Assembly: GCA_002269645.1 (NCBI GenBank)
Contig: NIVC01000099.1
Location: 186,001-250,000, forward strand
Length of the DNA stretch: 64,000 nucleotides
Origin: Macrostomum lignano
Taxonomy: Eukaryota
Direction of reading: 5' to 3'
Numbering within the stretch: position 1 is the stretch's first letter; every line of letters starts with the position of its first letter. Shown here one piece after another: positions 30,296 through 59,869 of the stretch. The notes beneath the pieces were generated by a model. The model saw only the letters and a list, made by a program, of their open reading frames with translations, ran no database searches and was not told where the DNA came from. The translations under genes were made by a program, and so were the position numbers.

Positions 30296-32384
30296 CATTA
30301 TTATTGCATTATTTTTTGCTTAAGCACATTTTGGTAGAATATTTCATCCTGCCTTTTTAGGCCTAGTCCATTCCATTTGACCCTTTCTACTTTAACTAGG
30401 CCTAACACAGTAATACCATTGATTTTTCTCTACTCTACCCTTCCTGCCTTCCAATTTTCCACTAGGTGGCCTAGGCCTATTATTTTATAATATTTAAACA
30501 GGACCTTAAAAAAACTCAATTAAGGGGCCTAGTTCAATTTCAAATATATTCAAATTCAATACAATAGGCCTAGGCCTATAGAGCAAATTAGGCCTATACA
30601 AAATTGAAAAAGAAAAAATACTTTGAGGCCTAGCCTAGGTCAATACAAAAAGCTATATATAAATAGATATAATTTTTGTGTCATTTGAAAGTATTTAAAA
30701 TGATTTTCTTAAAAAAGAACTTAAACTCCTATAATCAATTTTGATTTAATATTTCAAGAGATATATGTATTTAGAATAAAGAGGAAAATCAGTCATAGAC
30801 TTATTGTACCCATAGACAAAATGACACATATAAGCTATCTAGTCAAATAATCTAGCTTTAGTAAGCAATCAACCAATCAAGGAACCTAACAATGTTAGTT
30901 TGGTATGATTTATCTAGGCCTATCTTTTGTCAACACTTGTAAACTATAGAATTTAGCTAGGCAATCTAGTCTAGTTTACTAGCAATTTTATTTAAGGATT
31001 TGGCAATAAGGCCTAGTCTTCATTCTTCATTCATTAAGTCAAGAATATGATTCATTAGTTAGACTACTAATATTATAGATCTTTTTATGCTTGACATAGG
31101 CCTATCATTTATAGTTCTTATAGACTTTAACTTTTTTTACTTATATATTAAATGTTATTTTACAGATAGAATAGTTACCATATATAGTGTAGAGTTGCTT
31201 CTGACTATTAGGCCTATGCCCTAGCTAGTGCATTGGAGCTTCAAAGTCTAATATATAATTGCTATTTAATATCTTATATTATAATTGCATAGAAAGGTAT
31301 AAAAATATGAAAGGTTATAATAAATTAATATTGCCATTAGAGTTCTACCATAAACAATTTTTACCTATGTCTAATTATATCTACTAGCTGTATCTCAATT
31401 TGTATATAATACACCTATATCTATATCTTTATCTATAGCTTCTATACTTCTAGTAACTTTCTTGCTATGCTTGCAATATGCCACTAGCTAGCAATACTTG
31501 GCAAGAATTTCATAGATGGGACACTTGGAATTCTTGATATTGGCTATTATAATTAAAAGAATGTAGCTATGACTTATGTTCTATAGGCACTCTATGCCTA
31601 TTAATATGGCTATTAACTTGATTTTTTTATTGTTTTTCTATTTTCTTCCCTCTTTTTCTTCTTTTGCCTATTCTCTCTTTCCCATCTCCCTTCTTTTTTC
31701 CTTTCTTTCCTCTTCAATAGGATTCATCTAACTTAAGCCTTCACTATCCCAACCACAATGTACAAGCTTTGAAACTAGAAACATTATTGATTTTAGAAAA
31801 TTTTCTATTGCTTTACCCCTATCTATCAAACCAATGGCTCTAATGATCTTTCAAGTCTTAAGTCTTCTAAGTTTATTGATTGTCCTAGATATGAAAATAT
31901 ATTTCCCATAACTATATCCATATCAATATTTCTGTCTAAAACTTTATCCATAATTTCCTATAGCTACATCTATAGCTACAGTGGAACTCTAATTGCTATG
32001 CATTTGCAGTTTATAGGCATGATGTGGACAGTGATAGTTAAAATTTGAGTCCCTAAACATGCCCTTGATTGGTTGATACAGTGATACACACAGTATTTAT
32101 AAAGCTTGATTGACTAGCTACTACTAGTTCATTCACTATTGGTAATAGTATACTAATATAGCATTTATTTTAATGGACACAAAAGACAGAATTAAAATAT
32201 TGTGTTTCTTTAGAAAAGGTCTTTTACTTTTATGCAAACAGTGACAGTAGAAAATTTATCATTTTAAAACTAAGAGTTATTGCCATAAAAATCATTGCCT
32301 ATTTAATCAGAACCAATGATCAGAAAATTTAAAGATGTCTAAAACTTTGATTTCAGTAAATTTTCATGTCCCAAACAGGCTGAA
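30296..32384 (+). other. AT-rich, CpG-free region upstream of the GBF1 start codon (5' intron or outron), ending in the acceptor CCAAACAG at 32378
   Basis: No CG dinucleotide found by eye between 30296 and 32419; the acceptor is 6 nt before the ATG at 32385. Confidence 0.6.
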
Positions 32385-49491
<17,107 letters not shown>

Positions 49492-50289
49492 TTTAGTGAA
49501 ATCGGGAGGAGGCGCAGCTGACTCCGCATTGACAATTTGTTTAGATTTTGTCTCCATGTCTGACTGATTGGTTTTTGTTCTGTTTGTGCGCGCTTGCTTC
49601 TCTGTCAAGCTGGTTGGTTTTTAGTTACTGCTCTCTGTGTTATTAGTAGCATTTTTGGTTGCTATGGTAGCAAAATTAGTTGCTCTGTTAGCATTATTGG
49701 TTGTTATGGTAGCAAAATTGGTTGCTATGGTAACATTATTGGTTGCTATGGTAGCATTATTGGTTGCTATGGTAGCAAAATTGGTTGCTATGGTAGCATT
49801 TAATGGTCGATGGTAACATCCTTGATTGCTATGGTAGTATCACTGCTTAGATGCTACGGTAGCATTCTTAGTTACTATCGTAACATCACTGGCTGGTTCC
49901 TGTGATAGTATCACTAGCTGATTTAATAGTTGCTATAGTTGCAGTACTAATTGGTCTTTATGGTAGCAGCACTAAATGCTATAGTGAGAATACTAGTTAA
50001 TTATTGCTTTCAGTGGGGACCAGCTTTAATTCCAATTTAATCGATGATAAAATATTTGATTCCCAGACTCAATGTGCGCTCGTAAAGTCGCTTTGAAACT
50101 GCGAAAGTTTTATTCCATTTGTCTGTTTATATCCAGTTTTTTGAGTCTAGTGATTGAAGAATATTGTCTTTATTAAATCATATTTACTGATTCTGATTTT
50201 CGAACTTGACCCCCTCATCCTAAAGCTCTCGACCCTGCCTTTCTTCCAGTCAGCTGTGTTCCTCTCAGCTGCATTCCCCCTCTGGCCTA

Positions 50290-52068
50290 ATCGCTAATAT
50301 CTGACACTAATATCAGCCTAATCAGTGTCAGCATGATCGCTAATATCTGACACTAATATCAGCCTTAATCAGTGTCAGCATGATCGCTAGTATCTGACAC
50401 TAATATCAGCCTTAATCAGTGTCAGCATGATCGCTAATATCTGACACTAATATCAGCCTAATCAGTGTCAGCATGATCGCTAATATCTGACACTAATATC
50501 AGCCTTAATCAGTGTCAGCATGATCGCTAATATCTGACACTAATATCAGCCTTAATCAGTGTCAGCATGATCGCTAATATCTGACACTAATATCAGCCTT
50601 AATCAGTGTCAGCATGATCGCTAATATCTGACACTAATATCAGCCTAAATCAGTGTCAGCATGATCGCTAATATCTGACACTAATATCAGCCTTAATCAG
50701 TGTCAGCATGATCGCTAGTATCTGACACTAATATCAGCCTAATCAGTGTCAGCATGATCGCTAATATCTGACACTAATATCAGCCTAATCAGTGTCAGCA
50801 TGATCGGTAATATCTGACACTAATATCGGCCTAAATCAGTGTCAGCATGATCGCTAATATCTGACACTAATATCAGCCTAATCAGTGTCAGCATGATCGC
50901 TAATATCTGACACTAATATCGGCCTAAATCAGTGTCAGCATGATCGCTAATATCTGACACTAATATCAGCCTAATCAGTGTCAGCATGATCGCTAATATC
51001 TGACACTAATATCAGCCTAAATCAGTGTCAGCATGATCGCTAGTATCTGACACTACTATCAGCCTAATCAGTGTCAGCATGATCGCTAGTATCTGACACT
51101 AATATCAGCCTAATCAGTGTCAGCATGATCGCTAATATCTGACACTAATATCAGCCTTAATCAGTGTCAGCATGATCGCTAATATCTGACACTAATATCA
51201 GCCTAATCAGTGTCAGCATGATCGCTAATATCTGACACTAATATCAGCCTAATCAGTGTCAGCATGATCGCTAATATCTGACACTAATATCAGCCTAATC
51301 AGTGTCAGCATGATCGCTAATATCTGACACTAATATCAGCCTAAATCAGTGTCAGCATGATCGCTAATATCTGACACTAATATCAGCCTAATCAGTGTCA
51401 GCATGATCGCTAGTATCTGACACTACTATCAGCCTAATCAGTGTCAGCATGATCGCTAGTATCTGACACTAATATCAGCCTAATCAGTGTCAGCATGATC
51501 GCTAATATCTGACACTAATATCAGCCTTAATCAGTGTCAGCATGATCGCTAATATCTGACACTAATATCAGCCTAATCAGTGTCAGCATGATCGCTAATA
51601 TCTGACACTAATATCAGCCTAATCAGTGTCAGCATGATCGCTAATATCTGACACTAATATCAGCCTTAATCAGTGTCAGCATGATCGCTAATATCTGACA
51701 CTAATATCAGCCTAATCAGAGTCAGCATGATCGCTAGTATCTGACACTAATATCAGCCTAAATCAGTGTCAGCATGATCGCTAGTATCTGACACTAATAT
51801 CAGCCTTAATCAGTGTCAGCATGATCGCTAATATCTGACACTAATATCAGCCTAATCAGTGTCAGCATGATTGCTAATATCTGACACTAATATCAGCCTA
51901 AATCAGTGTCAGCATGATTGCTAATATCTGACACTAATATCAGCCTAAATCAGTGTCAGCATGATCACTAATATCTGACACTAATATCAGCCTAAATCAG
52001 TGTCAGCATGATTGCTAATATCTGACACTAATATCAGCCTAAATCAGTGTCAGCATGATCGCTAATAT
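50290..52068. repeat. 46/47-nt intergenic minisatellite with an internal 8-bp inverted repeat
   Basis: Unit AATCAGTGTCAGCATGATCGCTAATATCTGACACTAATATCAGCCT(T/A); about 38 copies. Confidence 0.96.
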
Positions 52069-52863
52069 CACTAGTATCCGTCTCAATTGCTGAGTTAGTG
52101 TCAGATAACTACCTAGTGGGTGTCAGAGGACCAAAAGTTGGTGTCAGATTTGGCTCCATTATATTGAGGGCCATCTGACACGAATTCATTGAAGTAACGC
52201 CCTGCTCGGTTCTAAGCATGAATGATCATCCGCCTTGCCCGTTTTCATTGGTTTCTGGGAATCGCTTACTCAATGCGGAAATGCCGACTTCATGGGCTTC
52301 GGCTCTGGCGCAATTCTAAAGTACTATCACTATATTATTTATTAATATCGTTAACAAGTTTATATGCTCGATATTCACTACTTATGCGTGCACATTTTTG
52401 GTCAGTAGTATATAGCAGCGGGTGTTGTAAACGTGAATAATTTTATTAATCACCCAGTACTGTAGTTGTCAGGCTGACAGCAGTGTCACACTATGCTTCT
52501 GTTTGTGCTGGTTATACCGTCTTCTCAGCCTGATTCTATCTGTCGATTGTGTTGTCCTCTCGTGTCCAAGCCTCGTTTTTGTGCCCCCCTTCCCCTCTGT
52601 TATAATTGTTTTCTTACAGATGACAGAAGAATATAAATTCAGAGAAAATCTTTCTTGCTTTTTGAAGCTGTCCGGATTGGCGTATTGGAGACTGAAACAG
52701 CTGTGATTGCTTTTTTGTCTTCATTGCTAATTAAATAGTTTAGCCAGCAGATTAACAATACGACACGAGAATCGCTTTATTTTACAATTTTGGACTGCCA
52801 AAATAGGTTGAAAAAGGCCCTATTATTCTACTTATCAGTAGTGCAGCATTTTCTATCTTGCAG

Positions 52864-55800
52864 ATGCTGCTGCCGTTGCTCGTGCTCAGCCTGCTTGCCG
52901 CACAGACTGCAGCCCAGTCAGACAATGTCACCCGCATCGGCGCCCAGTTCCTGGACTCTTCCGTCAGCCTGACTGTTGGCAGGTCAGCTCACCTGTCCAT
53001 CAGTCTCAATCAGTCATTCTCAGCCGGTGACTACCTGTACTTCACCTACCAGGCCGACTCTCAGTCACCGGTGCTGCCCTATCAGGAGCGCCAGGTTGTG
53101 CTGCCTCTGCCGGCTGTTTACCTGCCCCCCAATGCCACCGCGGCTGAGCTCAACCTCACCGGCTGGGATGCTGGCCGCCTCAGCATTGGCGTGAACTCCA
53201 CCAACCCGGACTTCTTCAACAACCACAGCGTCTTTGTCCGGGTCACCGTGGCTAAGAGTGACGTTATTGACGACTTCAACTTTGTGGTCGGCATTCTTTA
53301 CGTGGTGCTCTGGTCCATGTCGTTTTACCCGCAGACTGTGCTCAACTATAGACGGAAGTGAGTTTTCTCATTTGAGTCCTCTACTGTGACGTTCCTTGAG
53401 TCCTCTGTGCTGTGAGGTTCTGTGAGTCCTCTGTGCTGTGAGGTTCTGTGAGTCCTCTGTGCTGTGAGGTTCTGTGAGTCCTCTGTGCTGTGAGGTTCTG
53501 TGAGTCCTCTGTGCTGTGAGGTTCTGTGAGTCCTCTGTGCTGTGAGGTTCTGTGAGTCCTCTGTGCTGTGAGGTTCTGTGAGTCCTCTGTGCTGTGAGGT
53601 TCTGTGAGTCCTCTGTGCTGTGAGGTTCTGTGAGTCTCTGTGCTGTGAGGTTCCTTGAGTCCTCTGTGCTGTGAGGTTCCTTGAGTCCTCTGTGCTGTGA
53701 GGTTCTGTGAGTCCTCTGTGCTGTGAGTCCTCTGTGATAACTCACACAGGGGCTAAGGCTAGGATTAGGCTAAGATTAGGGTTAGGGTTTTTTATTAGAG
53801 GCAGGGGGGTTGTGTGCACTCTGGCGCACTTTAAGCGACATTGGCACACAACCGGCGAGAGGCATTACTGCCCATTCCGCCGACTCCCCTGAGCAGGCAC
53901 ACAAGCGCGCGGATACGTACGCAGGCACACACTCACACAGGAGTGTACAACGGCCCTAACTTTATTTTATCGTTAGGCATGTACACTTCACTGCGCCTTG
54001 GGGGGTTGGCTCTCAAGGCCGTTAATTGCACGAGCAGAGCCAAGCCGAGATTCCAATTCAGCCCCAAATTAATGTGACTGCACTTGGAATCGAGCCTGGG
54101 TCGCTGGCACATCAGAGCAGCTGCGCTACCGCTGGGCTACGGCCCCCCTTAGGGTTAGGGTTAGGGTTGGCAGTCAAATGGCTGGCCGTCAACAGTCACA
54201 GACCCCAGTCCAGCTGTGGTGGGGGCTGCAGTCCAGCCATGCCGCACCCGCAGGTCGGTGGTTGGCCTCAACTTCGACTTCATAGGGCTGAACCTGCTGG
54301 GCTTCTGCGCCTACGCGGCCTTCAACGTGTGCCTGTACTGGGTGGCGCCGGTGCAGGAGCTGTACTTCAGGCGGCATCCGCGCGGCGTCATCCCCGTGGA
54401 AATCGCCGACGTGGTGTTCGCTTTGCACGCAGTTGTCATCACCTCTGTGCAGGTGAGAAAGTCACTGGTTGCCAGATCAGAGTCTGCAGCCGGGAGAGAA
54501 TGCTGATGAGCACTACTAAGTAGGTGCGCAATTCAAAAACGAAGGTTCTTCAGAAGTAAAAAAATAGAAAACTGATCGAACGTCATTGCTTGTCCAACTG
54601 GGGCATTGCTCTAAAAGAAGACAGAGCATTGTTATACAATTATTTTGCCTTTAAAACTTGAGGATTTTCGTGAGGTGTACATGCGTATTCTTGGAAGAGC
54701 GGATTAAAGGTAAAAGCGGTTCAAATATATCAGTTGCAGTCTGCAATGCTTGCTCAGACTCTTGTGCCATTGGATCGTCATCAAATTTCTCCGATATTTC
54801 AATCGCCGTCACCCCCACCGGGATCGCCAGGTGGTTCAGTGCTGCCTGTACGAGCGCGGCGGGCAGCGGATGTCCCTGACTGCCCGCCTGCTGCTGGCCG
54901 CGATGCTGCTGTTCCTGCTGGCCACCCTGCTGGTGTCCGCCTTCTGGCAGGCCGGCTTCGACTGGCTCAACTATCTGTACTGCGTGTCCTATGTGAAGCT
55001 GACCGTCACCCTCATCAAGTACTCGCCTCAGGCTTACATGAACTACAAGTGAGTGGCTTGGGTGGCTCTGCCTCTGACTACAGTTTGATGGCTTTGGTGC
55101 CCTCACATCGCTACCGACCATAGCTTATCTTGCGCTCATTTCTTCACATAACTCCCCATCTTTCCATATTCATTTTCTATCTTCCTACAGTCCTTCCCAT
55201 CTTCCCACATACATTCCTACCTTCCCACACTCCTTCCCATCTTCCCACATACATTCCTACCTTCCCACACTCCTTCCCATCTTCCCACATACATTCCTAC
55301 CTTCCCACACTTCTTCCCATCTTCCCACATACATTCCTACCTTCCCACACTTCTTCCCATCTTCCCACATACATTCCTACCTTCCCACACTCCTTCCCAT
55401 CTTCCCACATACATTCCTACCTTCCCACACTTCTTCCCATCTTCCCACATACATTCCTACCTTCCCACACTCCTTCCCATCTTCCCACATACATTCCTAC
55501 CTTCCCACACTCCTTCCCATCTTCCCACACTCCTCCCCATCTTCCCACACTCTCCCCATCATCACACACTGCACTCATTCTCCCTATCTAGATCTTACTG
55601 CATCCCTTGTCTTTCCCGCCGCTTCTTAATCCACATCCTCCTAGGCACGCCTTCCCATCCTTAGACCCAGGCTCCAACCTTTCCTTCCCAACTGAACTCC
55701 GCACGCTCCCAGACGGCAGTCGACAGACGGCTGGTCCATCGGGACGATCTTCACAGACTTCAGCGGCGGCGCGCTTAGCATCCTGCAGATGCTGCTGCTG

Positions 55801-56076
55801 GCCTACAACTACAACGACTGGCCCTCCATCATGGGCGACCCGACCAAGTTCGGCCTGGGGCTGGTCTCCATCCTGTCCGACTGCGTCTTCTTCGTGCAGC
55901 ACTACGGGCTCTACGGCGAGCCGGCGAGGCGGCGGCGACAGCGACGGCTGCTGCGCGTGTCTGCGACGGAGGCTGCCGACTCGCCCGCCGTCAATCAGCC
56001 GCCCACTGCCGCCGCAGAGCAGCCCGACGAGGGTCAGCCGGGCGATGCTGATGATGGCAAACCGCTGCTGGGGTGA
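52864..56076 (+). CDS. CTNS: Cystinosin, lysosomal H+/cystine symporter of the PQ-loop family, 424 aa
   Basis: Exons 52864-53357, 54254-54452, 54831-55048, 55713-56076. Signal peptide and glycosylatable luminal domain, then PQ loop 1 ([25 protein letters not shown]), VQCCLYERGGQR, PQ loop 2 (KYSPQAYMNYKRQSTDGWSIG), DFSGG and GDPTKFGLG. Confidence 0.95.
53395..53735. repeat. 26-nt minisatellite GTGAGTCCTCTGTGCTGTGAGGTTCT
   Basis: About 13 copies in cystinosin intron 1. Confidence 0.93.
53790..54148 (-). mobile_element. tRNA-derived SINE, copy 2, in cystinosin intron 1
   Basis: The minus strand reads GGGGGGCCGTAGCCCAGCGGTAG (A box)...GGCTCGATTCC (B box)...CTAATAAAA. It is homologous to 28216-28559 and flanked by a 14-bp direct repeat TTAGGGTTAGGGTT (53776-53789, 54149-54162). 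Confidence 0.85.
55190..55555. repeat. 40-nt pyrimidine-rich minisatellite CTTCCCACATACATTCCTACCTTCCCACACT(C/T)CTTCCCAT
   Basis: About 9 copies in cystinosin intron 3. Confidence 0.93.
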
Positions 56077-56095
56077 GCAGCGTGGGAATGTCCGC

Positions 56096-56140
<45 letters not shown>

Positions 56141-56849
56141 GTCTGTCTATCTGTCTGTCTGTCTATTTGTCTCCTGATTAGAGATAATTTGTGCTCTATT
56201 ATCCAGCTCTTAGAAGCAATAATGTCTCAAATGCACCTGTTATTTCGTCTGTTTATTTTCTGCGCGCTTATTTATCCATGCAAATATGACAGTCGAAAGT
56301 CCGCACCAATGTGTGCTTATATACTACTTACCAAGTAGCCTCTACTTGTCTGACTTGCTAGGATAAATCAACAGGTTTGAAATTTAGCGCAGACAAACCT
56401 GCTGCTCTTATGGCCTTTCGACTGTGTGCCAATCTGGTCAGCAATCTCATGCTCACTATTTAAATCGAACGCTATTACTGATGCTCATGATAAGTTGTAT
56501 TGCTATCTGTACTTTCAATCAATTATTGATGGATGGACTGTACTGCAGAATTAAAAGGAATTTTTGAGTCAGTATTTTTTGCGCGTTATCTGCGCTTCTT
56601 TGATTAACAATTAATAAACACAGCACTATGCAATGTTTTGTAGCCACTTCGCTAAATTTTGTCTGTCAGGATTCCAGATATTTTTAAATATATTTATACT
56701 ACTGTAAGTAGATCTTATTGCTTGCTATTTTAGACTGCAATATCTGAAATCCTATATACTAAAAATGAGTTGTAATTTGCTAAATATTATTTTCATAAGT
56801 TTTTTGTTATTTTGGGGGATTTGAGACCCTAAATCGAATTTTGGATTTG

Positions 56850-57062
56850 AGATTCCTTCATCCAATTGGGGATTTTGGATTCCTTTATCCAATTGGGGAT
56901 TTTGGATTCCTTTATCCAATTGGGGATTTTGGATTCCTTCATCCAATTGGGGATTTGGGATTCCCTCATCCAATTGGGGATTCGGGATTCCCTCATCCAG
57001 TTGGGGATTCGGGATTCCCTCATCCAATTGGGGATTCGGGATTCCTTCATCCAATTGGGATT
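56850..57062. repeat. 27-nt repeat TTCC(T/C)TCATCCAATTGGGGATT(T/C)(T/G)GGA
   Basis: About 8 copies, each containing the palindrome CCAATTGG. Confidence 0.9.
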
Positions 57063-57384
57063 TGGGAGTCCCACCGAATTGAGATATTCGAGCTCGCGAG
57101 ACACGCGAGTTAAAGTAAGATCCCGATTTTCTTTTCCCTACTATTATCCCACTGGTGCCGTGACGCATGCATGCGGAGTGGCACGCGAGTTGGCCTCATG
57201 CTTTGTCGACTTGAAAATTTCTATATTTAGCTCCCTGGAAAGGCGCGAGGCAAAATGACTTTCTGGGATAATGAATGTAAAAGGGTAGTGTTTCAAAATT
57301 TTGACGTGATTGGGTAATTTTATCAACTTGAAATTTTTCAAACATGGTCAGCGCACTATGTCTCTTGTTAGGCGCCTCTCGGTG

Positions 57385-59700
57385 GGCGACCCTGTCTCTT
57401 GATGAGCGCCACTGTCTTGATTGGTGCCACTGTATCTTTGTGGGCGCCCCTGTCTCTTGATGAGCGCCACTGTCTCTTGATTGGTGCCACCGTATCTTTG
57501 TGGGCGCCTCTGTCTCTTCATGAGCGCCACTGTCTCTTGATGAGCACCACTGTCTCTTGATTGGTGCCACCGTATCTTTGTGGGGGCCCCTGTCTCTTGA
57601 TGAGCGCCACTGTCTTTTGATTGGTGCCACTGTATCTTTGTGGGCGCCCCTGTCTCTTGATGAGCGCCACTGTCTCTTGATTGGTGCCACCGTATCTTTG
57701 TGGGCGCCTCTGTCTCTTCATGAGCACCACTGTCTTTTGATTGGTGCCACCGTATCTTTGTGGGGGCCCCTGTCTCTTGATGAGCGCCACTGTCTCTTGA
57801 TTGGTGCCACCGTATCTTTGTGGGCGCCCCTGTCTCTTGATGAGCGCCACTGTCTCTTGATTGGTGCCACTGTATCTTTGTGGGCGCCCCTGTCTCTTGA
57901 TGAGCGCCACTGTCTCTTGATTGGTGCCACCGTATCTTTGTGGGCGCCCCTGTCTCTTGATGAGCACCACTGTCTCTTGATTGGTGCCACTGTATCTTTG
58001 TGGGCGCCCCTGTCTCTTGATGAGCACCACTGTCTCTTGATTGGTGCCACTGTATCTTTGTGGGCGCCCCTGTCTCTTGATGAGCGCCACTGTCTCTTGA
58101 TTGGTGCCACCGTATCTTTGTGGGCGCCCCTGTCTCTTGATGAGCACCACTGTCTCTTGATTGGTGCCACTGTATCTTTGTGGGCGCCCCTGTCTCTTGA
58201 TTGGTGCCACTGTCTCTTGATTGGTGCCACTGTATCTTTGTGGGCGCCCCTGTCTCTTGATTGGTGCCACTGTCTCTTGATTGGTGCCACTGTATCTTTG
58301 TGGGCGCCCCTGTCTCTTCATGAGCGCCACTGTCTCTTGATGAGCGCCACTGTCTCTTGATTGGTGCCACCGTATCTTTGTGGGCGCCCCTGTCTCTTGA
58401 TGAGCGCCACTGTCTCTTGATTGGTGCCACTGTATCTTTGTGGGCGCCCCTGTCTTTTGATGAGCACCACTGTCTCTTGATTGGTGCCACTGTATCTTTG
58501 TGGGCGCCTCTGTCTCTTCATGAGCGCCACTGTCTCTTGATTGGTGCCACCGTATCTTTGTGGGCGCCCCTGTCTCTTGATGAGCACCACTGTCTCTTGA
58601 TTGGTGCCACTGTATCTTTGTGGGCACCTCTGTCTCTTGATTGGTGCCACTGTCTCTTGATTGGTGCCACTGTATCTTTGTGAGCGCCACTGTCTTTTGA
58701 TGAGCACCACTGTCTCTTGATTGGTGCCACTGTATCTTTGTGGGCGCCCCTGTCTCTTCATGAGCGCCACTGTCTCTTGATTGGTGCCACTGTATCTTTG
58801 TGGGCGCCCCTGTCTCTTGATGAGCGCCACTGTCTCTTGATTGGTGCCACTGTATCTTTGTGGGCGCCCCTGTCTCTTGATGAGCACCACTGTCTCTTGA
58901 TTGGTGCCACTGTATCTTTGTGGGCACCTCTGTCTCTTGATTGGTGCCACTGTATCTTTGTGAGCGCCACTGTCTCTTGATTGGTGCCACTGTATCTTTG
59001 TGGGCGCCCCTGTCTCTTGATGAGCGCCACTGTCTCTTGATTGGTGCCACTGTATCTTTGTGGGCGCCCCTGTCTTTTGATGAGCACCACTGTCTCTTGA
59101 TTGGTGCCACTGTATCTTTGTGGGCGCCCCTGTCTCTTGATGAGCACCACTGTCTCTTGATTGGTGCCACTGTATCTTTGTGGGCGCCTCTGTCTCTTCA
59201 TGAGCGCCACTGTCTCTTGATTGGTGCCACTGTATCTTTGTGGGCGCCTCTGTCTCTTCATGAGCACCACTGTCTCTTGATTGGTGCCACCGTATCTTTG
59301 TGGGCGCCTCTGTCTCTTCATGAGCGCCACTGTCTCTTGATTGGTGCCACCGTATCTTTGTGGGCGCCCCTGTCTCTTGATTGGTGCCACCGTATCTTTG
59401 TGGGCGCCCCTGTCTCTTGATTGGTGCCACCGTATCTTTGTGGGCGCCCCTGTCTCTTGATTGGTGCCACCGTATCTTTGTGGGCGCCCCTGTCTCTTGA
59501 TTGGTGCCACCGTATCTTTGTGGGCGCCCCTGTCTCTTGATTGGTGCCACTGTCTCTTGATTGGTGCCACTGTCTCTTGATTGGTGCCACTGTATCTTTG
59601 TGGGCGCCCCTGTCTCTTGATGAGCGCCACTGTCTCTTGATTGGTGCCACCGTATCTTTGTGGGCGCCCCTGTCTCTTGATTGGTGCCACTGTATCTTCG
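57385..59700. repeat. Higher-order satellite of three related 20-nt subunits (usually a 60-nt trimer)
   Basis: Subunits TGTCTCTTGATTGGTGCCAC, TGTATCTTTGTGGGCGCCCC and TGTCTCTTGATGAGCGCCAC; about 115 subunits. Confidence 0.96.
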
Positions 59701-59869
59701 TGGACGCCCCTATTCCTGTCTTTTAGGCCGGTAGATGGCACGTCAAAAAGCTGATAGAAGTTGAGCTTCTGTCATTTGTTTTTAGGGGAGCGCAATTTTT
59801 GTAGGGGTGCTGCGGCCCACTTCACGTACGCATTGATAGCAGCATTGATGCAAGAATTATGCTGGGGTG

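Noticed and set aside
54090-54148. Possible tRNA gene on the minus strand
   Set aside because: A and B boxes are present but there is no acceptor-stem closure, and the sequence continues into a body shared with the second copy, so it is a SINE head.
57196-59741. Multiple 200-550-aa ORFs on both strands
   Set aside because: All are translations of the 20/60-nt satellite.
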